64,000 nucleotides of DNA from Sediminibacterium sp. (GTDB taxonomy: Bacteria > Bacteroidota > Bacteroidia > Chitinophagales > Chitinophagaceae), in the NCBI GenBank assembly GCA_044352855.1, contig JBILDC010000012.1, forward strand, positions 4,892 through 68,891, in the 5' to 3' direction. This document shows, in pieces, positions 27,877 to 38,098 of the stretch. The position numbers and the translations under genes are program-made. The notes under the pieces are model-generated. The model did not search any database, was not told the DNA's origin, and worked only from the letters and a program-made list of their open reading frames with translations. Positions within the stretch are counted from its first letter, which is position 1; every line of letters begins with the position of its first letter.

Positions 27877-28686
27877 ATGCATAAAATTTTTCTTTTCATT
27901 TCCCTTTTTATTTTCTCTACCGCATTTTCTCAAGAGCTATTTGTATTTACAGAGCCTGCTAGTAATATGCCTGCAAAGTCATTGGGTTTTAGAAATATGA
28001 ATGGTTTCTTTTTGGAGAAAGATAATAAATTGAATTATCATAATATGCCAGAGCTTATGTGGGGCATTAATAAAAAATGGATGGTGCATGCGCAAGGGTT
28101 TATAAGTAACCGACAAGAAGGTGGTTTTGAAACAGAAGGCGGAAGTTTATATGCGAAGTATAGGTTCTTTAGTGAAGATGCAAAACAAAGTCATTTTAGA
28201 ATGGCCTTATTTGCGCGTGCCAGTAAAAATAGAGCCGATATACACCAGGATGAAATTGAGACAATGGGACATAACACAGGCTACGAGGCGGGGTTTATTG
28301 CTACTAAATTATTGCATAAAGTGGCTATTAATACTACTATTAGTTATGAAAGGGCATATGATAATAAACCCAATTATAAGTTCCCTCCAACGCAGTCTAA
28401 TAGTGCAATGAATTATACTTTATCTCTGGGTAAGCTAATGCTACCTAAAATATATACAAGTTATAATCAAACGAATGTGAATCTAATGTTTGAACTCATT
28501 GGTCAGCGTTTGAACGGGAATCAAAAATCGTTTTTAGATATGGGTCCTTCCATACAATTTATAGTGAAAAGCCAGGCTAGGTTTGATATTGGTTACCGCC
28601 AGCAATTATATTCTACCATGGAAAGAACAGCACCCAATGGTATGGTATTTAAATTTGAGTACTTATTTTTTAATGTTTTTAAGTAG
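27877..28686 (+). CDS. Hypothetical outer-membrane beta-barrel protein
   Basis: ATG 27877 (MHKIFLF); QELFVFTEPASNMP; amphipathic strands; aromatic C-terminus. Confidence 0.6.
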   Translation: MHKIFLFISLFIFSTAFSQELFVFTEPASNMPAKSLGFRNMNGFFLEKDNKLNYHNMPELMWGINKKWMVHAQGFISNRQEGGFETEGGSLYAKYRFFSEDAKQSHFRMALFARASKNRADIHQDEIETMGHNTGYEAGFIATKLLHKVAINTTISYERAYDNKPNYKFPPTQSNSAMNYTLSLGKLMLPKIYTSYNQTNVNLMFELIGQRLNGNQKSFLDMGPSIQFIVKSQARFDIGYRQQLYSTMERTAPNGMVFKFEYLFFNVFK

Positions 28687-28722
28687 TTAGTTGACTACTT
28701 AAAGTATTTTCTTTTAAACTTC

Positions 28723-29289
28723 TTAATTCATTTTTTTAGCAAGCGTAGCAACGCGGCTGCCAAGTGCAAATCCTTTTTGTAAAAATAGTTTGTCTAGTTT
28801 TTCTGTTTTGAAAATACCTTCATTCGTAATGGCAGAGGCTCCAAATGCAGAGGTCCACTGATCTCCGCCCACCACAATCATTCCAAAAATTAACATAGAG
28901 TGTAATATATTAACCTGCGCGAGTTCCTCCCCAGCAGATATACCACCAGCGGTAACAAATGCAGCACCTATTTTATCTTTTAATGGGTTTCCCTCAAATG
29001 GCCATTCACTCATAAACTGAACCACTTCGGGTGCGAGGTTCGCATTGTAAACAGGGCTGCCAATTATAATTGCATCTGCATCCAATAAATCCTTCGTTGT
29101 TGTTTGTTGAATACTTTTAAGTACCACGTGAACGCCTGGTATAGATTGCGCTCCTTTTGCTACTTCTTCGGCTAAGGATTGCGTATTGGCTGTTTTACTA
29201 TAATAGGTAATAAGTACATTTTTTGACTTTAGCTGTCCGTAACTAAGTTGACTGATAAAAAATAAAGAGACGATTAGATATAGTTTCAT
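28723..29289 (-). CDS. WrbA-like flavodoxin / NAD(P)H:quinone oxidoreductase with signal peptide
   Basis: YYSKTANT, DAIIIGSPVY, KIGAAFVTAGG. Confidence 0.85.
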   Translation of the reverse strand: MKLYLIVSLFFISQLSYGQLKSKNVLITYYSKTANTQSLAEEVAKGAQSIPGVHVVLKSIQQTTTKDLLDADAIIIGSPVYNANLAPEVVQFMSEWPFEGNPLKDKIGAAFVTAGGISAGEELAQVNILHSMLIFGMIVVGGDQWTSAFGASAITNEGIFKTEKLDKLFLQKGFALGSRVATLAKKMN

Positions 29290-29437
29290 ATTTCGATTAC
29301 TAATATTTTAAAGATAGCTAGTATAAATATATTACATAAATTAATATGATTTAATGTAATTAGGCTATAGCGCTATTGGGAGAAAGGATTATTTAAGTAT
29401 ATTTAAGGTAGTATTTACCAAAGCCCATTGCCTTAAG

Positions 29438-31006
29438 ATGAATTACTTAAAATCAATTTTACTGAGCTTTATTTTTTTAGCTAGCCATTCTAGTCAGTTG
29501 TTGGCTCAAATCTCCACTAAAGCCAAACAGCCCAATATTGTTTTCATTATTTCCGATGACCACGCTTTTCAAGCCATTGGTGCTTATGGAGGTAAATTAA
29601 TGCCTACCCCGAATATTGATCGAATAGCGAAAGAAGGTGCTATTTTTCAAAATTCGTTTGTGACTAATTCAATCTGCGGGCCAAGCAGAGCTACTTTATT
29701 AACTGGAAAGTACAGTCATCAAAATGGATATACTATAAATGAAAAAAAGTTTGATGTAAATCAATTTCTTTTTTCACGCTTGTTACAGGAAAATAATTAT
29801 CAAACAGCATGGGTGGGTAAATGGCATTTAGGAAATCTACCGCAAGGCTTTGATTATTTTAACATACTAAGAGGGCAGGGGAATTATTACAATCCAGATT
29901 TTATTAGCAGCAATAAAGATACGATTAAGCAAAATGGATACGTCACTAATATTATCACTGATAAATCTTTAGATTGGCTAAATACAAGAGACCCAAATAA
30001 GCCCTTTTGTTTAGTGATAGGAGAAAAAGCTACCCATAGGGAATGGATACCAGATTTGCCCGATTTAGGCGTTTATGATGACATTGATTTTCCCCTACCT
30101 TCTAATTTTTTTGATACCTATGAAGGAAGAGAAGCGGCCATGCATCAGGATATGACTGTGGAAAAAACCATGCGTATGAATGAGGATGTAAAAGTACATA
30201 TGGATTATATCACTGGCGATTTTAAAAGACTTAATGATGAACAACGCGCAGTTTTAAAAAAATATTATGATGGAGTGACCAAAGAATTTGACGAAAAGAA
30301 GTTAAGTGGGAAAGAATTATCTAAATGGAAATTTCAACGCTACATGAAGGATTATTTAGCAGTAGCAAAATCGATGGATCGAAATATTGGGAAAATTCTT
30401 GATTACTTGGATAAGAATAATTTGGTTGAAAATACAGTGCTGGTGTATGTTTCAGATCAGGGCTTTTATCTGGGAGAACATGGTTGGTTTGATAAAAGAT
30501 TTATGTATGAAGAATCATTGAAGACGCCTTTCTTAATAAGATATCCTACACTCATAAAACCAGGTACCCATATTACTAGGTTTGCTTCTAATATAGATTG
30601 GGCACCCACTATTTTAGATTTAGCACAAGTAAAGATACCAGCAGAAGTGCAGGGTGTATCATTAGTGCCTGTATTAAAAAACAATCAAGTCAAGCAATGG
30701 AAGGATGAGCTTTACTATCATTATTATGAATATCCAGAGCCCCATCATGTGAGCCCGCATTTTGGTATACGTACCCCACAATATAAATTAATTCGTTTCT
30801 ATAACGCAAAAACGACTTGGGAGTTTTATGATTTAAAAAATGATCCAAGTGAAATAAAAAATTCGATTCATGATAAAAATTATCAATCTACCATTAGCAA
30901 TTTAAAAACTAAGCTTGCTATTTTAATATATAAATATCAGGATAAGGAAGCGAAAGCTATTTTAGAAAAAGAAACATCTTCCACAAAAAATTCTTCCAAA
31001 AAATAA
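29438..31006 (+). CDS. Cys-type sulfatase (family S1)
   Basis: PNIVFIISDDH, CGPSRATLLTGKYSH, GKWHL, SDQG. Confidence 0.95.
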   Translation: MNYLKSILLSFIFLASHSSQLLAQISTKAKQPNIVFIISDDHAFQAIGAYGGKLMPTPNIDRIAKEGAIFQNSFVTNSICGPSRATLLTGKYSHQNGYTINEKKFDVNQFLFSRLLQENNYQTAWVGKWHLGNLPQGFDYFNILRGQGNYYNPDFISSNKDTIKQNGYVTNIITDKSLDWLNTRDPNKPFCLVIGEKATHREWIPDLPDLGVYDDIDFPLPSNFFDTYEGREAAMHQDMTVEKTMRMNEDVKVHMDYITGDFKRLNDEQRAVLKKYYDGVTKEFDEKKLSGKELSKWKFQRYMKDYLAVAKSMDRNIGKILDYLDKNNLVENTVLVYVSDQGFYLGEHGWFDKRFMYEESLKTPFLIRYPTLIKPGTHITRFASNIDWAPTILDLAQVKIPAEVQGVSLVPVLKNNQVKQWKDELYYHYYEYPEPHHVSPHFGIRTPQYKLIRFYNAKTTWEFYDLKNDPSEIKNSIHDKNYQSTISNLKTKLAILIYKYQDKEAKAILEKETSSTKNSSKK

Positions 31007-31021
31007 TCTTCCAAAAAATAA
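30977..31021 (+). repeat. Three tandem 15-nt units (tcttccacaaaaaat, tcttccaaaaaataa x2)
   Basis: Read directly; spans the sulfatase stop codon. Confidence 0.8.
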
Positions 31022-31032
31022 TTTTATAAAAT

Positions 31033-32502
31033 ATGATGTATTTAAATAAAATAAAATTCGTTTTTATATTTTGCATGATCCTAATGTTTTCTGTTGGGTT
31101 TTCGCAAAACAAAGAACAAACACCAAATATTGTTTTAGTGTTGATGGACGATTTAGGCTATGGAGATTTATCTTGTTATGGTGCTTTGGATATTCGAACT
31201 CCAAATATTGATCAAATTGCATTAGACGGCATCCGTTTTACAAACTATTTAACACCTCAAGCTGTTTGTAGTGCATCAAGGGCAGCATTGCTTACAGGAT
31301 GTTACGCCAATAGAGTGGGTATGGCAGGGGCATTAGGCCCAAGAAGTGAAACAGGTTTAGCGCATTCAGAAGTGACCATTGCAGAGATGATGAAGCAAAA
31401 AAATTATGCCACTGCTATTATTGGAAAGTGGCATTTAGGAGACAATAAAGCCTTTCTACCTTTATCTCAAGGCTTTGATGAATACTTAGGCATTCCTTAT
31501 TCAAACGATATGTGGCCAATGGACTACGATGGGTCGCCTGCCAAACCTGAAAATTATAAATCTAAACATCCGATTTTGCCTTTAATTAAAGGCAATGATA
31601 AAATAGCAGAGATAAAAACCTTAGAAGATCAATCTACTTTAACTGGCATATATACAGATGCAGCCATTTCTTTCATCAAGCGAAATAAAAACAAGCCTTT
31701 CTTCTTATACCTTGCACACAGTATGCCACATGTTCCTATCAATGCCTCTAAAAAATTTAGAGGAACCAGCAAGCAAGGATTATTTGGAGATGTAATACAG
31801 GAAATAGATGATGGAATTGGTCGCATTATGGAAACTCTAAAATCAAATGGTTTAGATAAAAATACCATTGTCATTTTTACCAGTGATAACGGGCCTTGGT
31901 TGAACTATGGTAATCATGCAGGTAATCCAGGTGGATTTAGAGAAGGCAAGGGCACTACCTATGAAGGAGGTCATAGAGTTCCATTTATTGTAAGATGGAA
32001 AGGGAATATACAATCAGGTCAAATTTGTAATCAATTGGTTTCTGCTATAGATATAATGCCATCCATAGCGAGTATTTGTAAATTAGAATTACCTGAAAAT
32101 AAAATTGATGGAGTAAGCTTACTTTCAATTTTTAAAGGAGATATGAATGCAACACCTCGTAAGAATTTCCTTTATTATTACAGAAACAATTCTTTGGAAG
32201 CGGTAAGAAGAGATAATTGGAAATTAGTATTTGAGCATCCATCTAGGTCTTATTTAAATCAGGCCCCAGGAAAAGACGGCTACCCAGGAAATGCACCTGA
32301 AAATATAATGATGCCATATGCCTTATATGATTTAAGAAGAGATCCGTCGGAAGCCTATGATGTAAAAAATCAAAATCCATTAATCGTAAGCGAATTAAAT
32401 AAATTAGCCGAGGAGGCAAGAAAGGATTTAGGAGATGATATACAAAATAGAAAAGGAGAGCACGTAAGACCAGTTGGAAAATTGACAAATAAAATTAATT
32501 AA
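31033..32502 (+). CDS. Cys-type arylsulfatase (family S1)
   Basis: PNIVLVLMDDLGYGD, CSASRAALLTG, GKWHLG, SDNGP. Confidence 0.95.
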   Translation: MMYLNKIKFVFIFCMILMFSVGFSQNKEQTPNIVLVLMDDLGYGDLSCYGALDIRTPNIDQIALDGIRFTNYLTPQAVCSASRAALLTGCYANRVGMAGALGPRSETGLAHSEVTIAEMMKQKNYATAIIGKWHLGDNKAFLPLSQGFDEYLGIPYSNDMWPMDYDGSPAKPENYKSKHPILPLIKGNDKIAEIKTLEDQSTLTGIYTDAAISFIKRNKNKPFFLYLAHSMPHVPINASKKFRGTSKQGLFGDVIQEIDDGIGRIMETLKSNGLDKNTIVIFTSDNGPWLNYGNHAGNPGGFREGKGTTYEGGHRVPFIVRWKGNIQSGQICNQLVSAIDIMPSIASICKLELPENKIDGVSLLSIFKGDMNATPRKNFLYYYRNNSLEAVRRDNWKLVFEHPSRSYLNQAPGKDGYPGNAPENIMMPYALYDLRRDPSEAYDVKNQNPLIVSELNKLAEEARKDLGDDIQNRKGEHVRPVGKLTNKIN

Positions 32503-32503
32503 G

Positions 32504-33649
32504 TTGATGTTATTTTTAAATCATAGAATAACTAATAAAGTAGTGGTAGTAAGTGTATTACTAATATATACTAGCTTATCAGTTACATTAGTGGCTGCGC
32601 AAAAGGCTACAAAAATAGATACGCTTCCATCTTGTTGTATGAAAATACCCTCTAGATTTTCTACTAATACACATGACAGCATTCATTTTCATCTTACTGC
32701 AGAAAAGTCAATCAATGGAATGGTATTGATACCAGGAGGAGCATTTAATATGGGAGGAGACAATGAACAAGCCGATAGAGATGAATTTCCGAAACACAAA
32801 GTAAGTGTTGATTCATTTTTTATGGATATAACAGAAGTAACCAATGCGCAATTCAAAAAATTTGTTGAGGCAACAGGTTATGTAACTACTGCAGAAAGAA
32901 AACCTGATTGGGAAGAATTAAAAAAATCGGTACCGCCGGGCACGCCTAAACCGCCAGCTGAATTGTTGATTGCAGCTTCATTAGTTTTTAAACAAGCAAA
33001 AGGCCCAGTAGACTTAAATAATTACAATCAATGGTGGGAATGGATGGCTGGTGCAGATTGGCAACATCCTGATGGACCCAATTCTACTATAATAGGAAAA
33101 GAATTTTTCCCCGTTGTGCAAGTAAGTTGGGATGATGTGAATGCTTATTGTAAATGGGCCGGAAAAAGATTGCCAACAGAAGCGGAATGGGAATACGCAT
33201 CAAGAGGTGGAAAATTAGATCAGGTGTATCCTTGGGGGAACGAACCTATTAATGAAGGAAAGCCTAAAGCAAATACCTGGGAAGGAAAGTTTCCTTATCT
33301 GAATCTGAAAAAAGATGGCTATGAACTTTTAGCTCCAGTAAAATCTTATTTGCCCAACGGATATGGTTTGTATGATATGGCGGGCAATGTTTGGGAGTGG
33401 TGCAGTGATTGGTATAAACATGATTACTATACCTCTTTAAAAGATTCAGCATCAAAAAATCCGCTGGGTCCAAATACAAGCTATGATCCGGATGAACCTT
33501 ATACCCAAAAAAGAGTTTTACGTGGAGGGAGTTTTTTATGCAATGATGCGTATTGCTCAGGCTATAGAGTATCAAGAAGAATGAAAAGCAGTCCAGATAC
33601 AAGTTTGCAGCACACAGGATTTAGATGTGTTCAAGATATTTCGAAATAA
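32504..33649 (+). CDS. Formylglycine-generating enzyme (SUMF1/FGE)
   Basis: EVTNAQF, RLPTEAEWEYA, NGYGLYDMAGNVWEW, RGGSFLCNDAYCSGYR (catalytic Cys pair). Confidence 0.9.
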   Translation: MMLFLNHRITNKVVVVSVLLIYTSLSVTLVAAQKATKIDTLPSCCMKIPSRFSTNTHDSIHFHLTAEKSINGMVLIPGGAFNMGGDNEQADRDEFPKHKVSVDSFFMDITEVTNAQFKKFVEATGYVTTAERKPDWEELKKSVPPGTPKPPAELLIAASLVFKQAKGPVDLNNYNQWWEWMAGADWQHPDGPNSTIIGKEFFPVVQVSWDDVNAYCKWAGKRLPTEAEWEYASRGGKLDQVYPWGNEPINEGKPKANTWEGKFPYLNLKKDGYELLAPVKSYLPNGYGLYDMAGNVWEWCSDWYKHDYYTSLKDSASKNPLGPNTSYDPDEPYTQKRVLRGGSFLCNDAYCSGYRVSRRMKSSPDTSLQHTGFRCVQDISK

Positions 33650-33673
33650 TTATTTATATTTTTACTTTTAAAT

Positions 33674-35245
33674 ATGCAAAATATTCCTGTTGTTGATTTG
33701 ACAATCGTATTCATTTACCTCTTTGCAATGATTGGTATCGGGTATTATTTTTCAAGAAAAAATAAAAATACGGATCAGTTTACAAAAGCTTCTGGACAAG
33801 TACCAGGATGGGCCATTGGTATTTCTATCTATGCTACTTTTTTAAGCAGCAATACTTTTTTAGGAGTGCCTGGAAAGGCTTTTGGTAGTAATTGGAATGC
33901 ATTTGTTTTCAGCATCTCTATGCCTTTCGCCGCTTGGGTAGCGTCTAAATATTTCGTTCCCTTTTATAGAAATACAGGAGAGATTTCGGCTTATACCAAT
34001 TTAGAAAAACGATTTGGTGCATGGGCTAGAACCTATGCCGTAATCTGTTTTTTATTAACCCAATTTGCGCGTATGGGTTCGGTCTTTTTTGGAATGGCAT
34101 TAACGCTTCAGGCATTGCTGGGTTTTTCTATGTCTTCAATTATGATAGTGATGGGTATTTGTATTATTATTTATACTGTTTTAGGGGGAATTGAAGCTGT
34201 TATCTGGACAGAAGTGGTACAGGGTATACTTAAAACACTTGGGGCCATATTAATTCTGGTGTTAATTATTTGGGAGATCCCTGGTGGCCTCAGTACTGTT
34301 TATGATATTGCCAAATCAGAGCATAAATTTAGTTTGGGGACAGCCGCATTGAATTTTAAAGAAAGTAGTTTTTGGGTAGTTCTTTTTTATGGCTTTTTTA
34401 TAAATCTCAATAATTTTGGAATGGACCAAAATTATGTACAACGTTATCACACGGCTATTTCTGATAAACAAGCACGCAAGTCGGTTTGGTTATCTGTTTT
34501 TATATACGTACCTGCTTCCTTATTATTTTTTATTATTGGAACCTCTTTATTTGCCTATTACCAAATCAATCCGGCTATTGCAGATTCTTTGAAACAAGGA
34601 ATGGCAATACAAAAACTAGGCGTAAATGCGAGTGCGCTAGATATTTCTAATTTTATGCATCAACTTACTCCCGAAGATTATGCCGATAAAGTCTTGCCTC
34701 ATTTTATGGTTAATAAAGTACCTACTATTTGTTTAGGGTTATTGGTAGCAGCTATATTATCTGCAGCCATGAGTACTATTAGTTCTGGTATGAATGCTTC
34801 GGCTACTGTTTTTACAAAAGATATTTATAAAAGATATTTTTACCCACAATTATCGGATAAAAAGGAATTTGTGACGCTCTACGGAGCAACTATTATAGTG
34901 GGTATCATTGGATTATTAGTGGGGTTATCTATGATAGGTATCAAAAGTATTTTAGATCTTTGGTGGGAGCTATCTGGTATTTTTTCAGGAGGCATGTTAG
35001 GCTTATTTTTATTAGGCATTATTAGTAAACAAACAAAAAATACAGAAGCATTAATAGCAGTAATTGTTGGTGTGATTGTGATAATATGGTTTAGTTTTTC
35101 AGACAAACTGGGCCCTGAGTTATTTTATTTAAAAATTGCACTGCATAAAAATATGATCATTGTAGTGGGCACGCTAACTATTTTTTTTACTGGATTATTA
35201 TTCACTAAAATAAAACAATTAAATAAAAAAAATAATCAATTATAA
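33674..35245 (+). CDS. Sodium:solute symporter (SSS family)
   Basis: Polytopic; YTVLGGIEAVIWTE, DQNYVQRY, AAMSTISSGMNA. Confidence 0.95.
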   Translation: MQNIPVVDLTIVFIYLFAMIGIGYYFSRKNKNTDQFTKASGQVPGWAIGISIYATFLSSNTFLGVPGKAFGSNWNAFVFSISMPFAAWVASKYFVPFYRNTGEISAYTNLEKRFGAWARTYAVICFLLTQFARMGSVFFGMALTLQALLGFSMSSIMIVMGICIIIYTVLGGIEAVIWTEVVQGILKTLGAILILVLIIWEIPGGLSTVYDIAKSEHKFSLGTAALNFKESSFWVVLFYGFFINLNNFGMDQNYVQRYHTAISDKQARKSVWLSVFIYVPASLLFFIIGTSLFAYYQINPAIADSLKQGMAIQKLGVNASALDISNFMHQLTPEDYADKVLPHFMVNKVPTICLGLLVAAILSAAMSTISSGMNASATVFTKDIYKRYFYPQLSDKKEFVTLYGATIIVGIIGLLVGLSMIGIKSILDLWWELSGIFSGGMLGLFLLGIISKQTKNTEALIAVIVGVIVIIWFSFSDKLGPELFYLKIALHKNMIIVVGTLTIFFTGLLFTKIKQLNKKNNQL

Positions 35246-35249
35246 AAAG

Positions 35250-36206
35250 ATGGAAAATAAATTTGTACCGGTAATGATTACGCCATTTAATTTAAAGGCA
35301 AAAGTTGATTTTGATGCCATTTCTGCATTGATTGAATTTTATTTAGCAGCAGGTGTTAAGGGGTTTTTCGCTAATTGTTTAAGTAGCGAGATGTATAGCT
35401 TAACTGAAGATGAGCGATTAGAGCTCACCAGTTTTATTGTAAAATCTGTGGATGGAAGAGTGCCCATTGTAGCAACTGGTTCATTTGGTTTAACCATTGA
35501 AGACAAAGCCATTTTCGCAAAAAAAATATATGAAACAGGCATTGATGCGGTCATTTTAATTACTGGACATTTTGCTAATATAGAGGATAGCGATGAAATT
35601 TTAATACAAAATTTTAATCGAATACTTGCACTTTGTCCTGATATTCCATTTGGATTATATGAATGCCCAGCTCCCTATAAACGCATTCTTTCTGCAAATG
35701 TTTTTAAAACATTAGTAGCATCTGGTAGATTTATTTATCATAAAGATACCTCCATTGAACAGGAACAAGTAAAAGAGAAACTTGCTATTTTGAAAGAAAG
35801 TGGCAATACTAATTTTGAATTTTTCGATGCCCATACGCCTAATACATCCTTTGTGATGCGAAATAATGGAAAAGGAATGAGTGCAATCTCTGGAAATTTC
35901 TATCCTGAAATTCTAGTTTGGATGGTTAATAATGCAGCGAATCCTGCTTTAAAGCAGCAAGTAGACTGGTTGCAGAATGAGTTGATACAAGTGGATCCTT
36001 TAATTCATGTAGCCTATCCTATGAGTGCTAAATATTTTTTGACAAAAAGAGGATTACCCATTAGAACAATAAGTCGTGCGCATGTGCTAGAATTAACTCC
36101 TTCACAAAAAGAAACACTAAATGAAATTTATGAAAGATTTTTAGGATGGTGTGATAAATTAGGAATTGAAAAAGTAAACATCGAGTCTATTGCAGCTCCA
36201 AAATAA
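35250..36206 (+). CDS. DHDPS/NAL-family aldolase-like protein
   Basis: VPVMITPF, GLYECP, YHKDTS (Schiff-base Lys); NCLSSE in place of the usual GTTGE. Confidence 0.85.
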   Translation: MENKFVPVMITPFNLKAKVDFDAISALIEFYLAAGVKGFFANCLSSEMYSLTEDERLELTSFIVKSVDGRVPIVATGSFGLTIEDKAIFAKKIYETGIDAVILITGHFANIEDSDEILIQNFNRILALCPDIPFGLYECPAPYKRILSANVFKTLVASGRFIYHKDTSIEQEQVKEKLAILKESGNTNFEFFDAHTPNTSFVMRNNGKGMSAISGNFYPEILVWMVNNAANPALKQQVDWLQNELIQVDPLIHVAYPMSAKYFLTKRGLPIRTISRAHVLELTPSQKETLNEIYERFLGWCDKLGIEKVNIESIAAPK

Positions 36207-36238
36207 AATATATACCTTGAGAAAAATCAATTATACCT

Positions 36239-37252
36239 ATGAATAAATTTATAAAAATAGTAGCCTTATGTGCGCTAACAAGTCCCATTTTTGGTCAACA
36301 AATGACTGCTGAGTTTATTTATGAAACTGCGCCTTTTCCCTCTTGTCATGCAGCTACGATAGAAGAAACACCGCGTGGTATTATCGCTGCTTGGTTTGGA
36401 GGCACAGAAGAGCGAAATAAAGATGTAGGAATTTGGGCTAGTCGTTTAGAAAATGGAAAATGGACTGTACCAATGGAAATAGCCAATGGGGTTCAAAATG
36501 AAGAACTGCGTTATCCAACTTGGAATCCCGTTTTATTTAAAATGCCTGATGCCGATTTAATTTTATTTTATAAAGTGGGCCCTTCTCCCTCTACCTGGTG
36601 GGGAATGCTAAAACGATCGAAAGATAATGGGCTAACTTGGTCAGAGGCTGAAAAGTTACCAGATGGTATATATGGACCTATCAAAAACAAACCTGTTTTA
36701 CTTAATAATGGCACTTTATTATGTCCTACCTCCTCTGAAGACAAAGGGTGGCGTGTGCATTTTGAAATGACTAAAGATGCTGGAAAGACATGGACCCGAT
36801 CGGAGGCAATCAATGATGGTAAAGAGTTTTCAGCAATTCAACCTAGTGTGCTATTTTTAAAAGATGGCAAACTGCAATTACTTTGTCGTAGTAAAAATGG
36901 AGTATTGTTAGAAGCGTTCTCTAATGACCTTGGTATTAGTTGGTCCGCATTAAAGGCCACTTCGCTACCTAATCCAAATTCTGGTACCGACGCCGTTACC
37001 TTAAAAGATGGCCGACATATTCTAGTCTATAACCATGTGACAAAAAAATCTAGTGCATGGGGAGGAAGTAGATCCCCTCTAAATGTGGTTATTTCTAATG
37101 ACGGTCAAAATTGGAATGAAATTGCGATTTTAGAGAACACCCCCAAAGAAGAATTTTCCTACCCTGCCGTAATTCAGACAAAAGATGGTAAAATTCATAT
37201 TGTATATACTTGGAATCGTAAGAAAATCAAACATGTGGCTATTCAACTATAA
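36239..37252 (+). CDS. BNR/Asp-box sialidase-like protein
   Basis: CHAATI, SKDNGLTW, TKDAGKTW, SNDLGISW, SNDGQNW Asp-boxes; FSYP. Confidence 0.85.
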   Translation: MNKFIKIVALCALTSPIFGQQMTAEFIYETAPFPSCHAATIEETPRGIIAAWFGGTEERNKDVGIWASRLENGKWTVPMEIANGVQNEELRYPTWNPVLFKMPDADLILFYKVGPSPSTWWGMLKRSKDNGLTWSEAEKLPDGIYGPIKNKPVLLNNGTLLCPTSSEDKGWRVHFEMTKDAGKTWTRSEAINDGKEFSAIQPSVLFLKDGKLQLLCRSKNGVLLEAFSNDLGISWSALKATSLPNPNSGTDAVTLKDGRHILVYNHVTKKSSAWGGSRSPLNVVISNDGQNWNEIAILENTPKEEFSYPAVIQTKDGKIHIVYTWNRKKIKHVAIQL

Positions 37253-37284
37253 TAGATGAATTGGGCAGATGCTTATAAAATTAA

Positions 37285-38088
37285 CTATGGATTTAAAATT
37301 TTACCAATTTCTTGATACATCAAATGAATCCCAGGAAGATTCATGCTACCATGACTAAATCCCTGCAATTCAAATAGTGAAATTTTTTTATTCCCTGCTA
37401 ATTTCATCATTCTTACAAAATAAGCATTCTCTTCATATCTACCTAGTAATTCTAGTTCTCTATCTCCTGTAATATCAATAATGATTGGAGTATTTGCTTT
37501 TATAAAATTCATTGGGGCATATTCGTCTATTACTGGCTGTATGTCTTTGATTTTATTTTCTGCTCTTATGGTAAAGTGCGTAATTACTTGAGGACTTAAA
37601 GGAATGCAGGCTTTGATTTTGTTGTTAGAAATATTTTGCTTTGCCAACCAGGATTCATCCATAGTTAACATCATCGCTAAATAGCCGCCTGCGGAATGCC
37701 CCGATAAAAATAGTTTACTAGTATCCCCACCATATTGCTGGATATTATTGAACACCCATGCTACAGAAGCTGCTGCATCTTCTATAAATGTGGGGGATTG
37801 TACTTTAGGGCTTAATCTATATTCTGCGGAGACAATTATAAATTTATCATTTTTTAATTCCTCGGGAATTGCTTTAGTTCCAGCTGTTAAACCTCCTCCA
37901 TGAAACCAAACAATTACTGGCAAAGATTTACTACTATTATTAGGGATATAAATATCCAATTTACATTGACTTTGTTTATAAGGGTCGTTGTCATTTTGAA
38001 TGTAATAGGGAACATTTAATACTTCCCTTTTTTGTGCAATAGTTATATTGCTATATAATACACACAAACAAATTAATAGATACTTCAT
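37285..38088 (-). CDS. Alpha/beta hydrolase (esterase)
   Basis: WFHGGG, GHSAGG. Confidence 0.9.
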   Translation of the reverse strand: MKYLLICLCVLYSNITIAQKREVLNVPYYIQNDNDPYKQSQCKLDIYIPNNSSKSLPVIVWFHGGGLTAGTKAIPEELKNDKFIIVSAEYRLSPKVQSPTFIEDAAASVAWVFNNIQQYGGDTSKLFLSGHSAGGYLAMMLTMDESWLAKQNISNNKIKACIPLSPQVITHFTIRAENKIKDIQPVIDEYAPMNFIKANTPIIIDITGDRELELLGRYEENAYFVRMMKLAGNKKISLFELQGFSHGSMNLPGIHLMYQEIGKILNP

Positions 38089-38098
38089 ACTTATTCTT

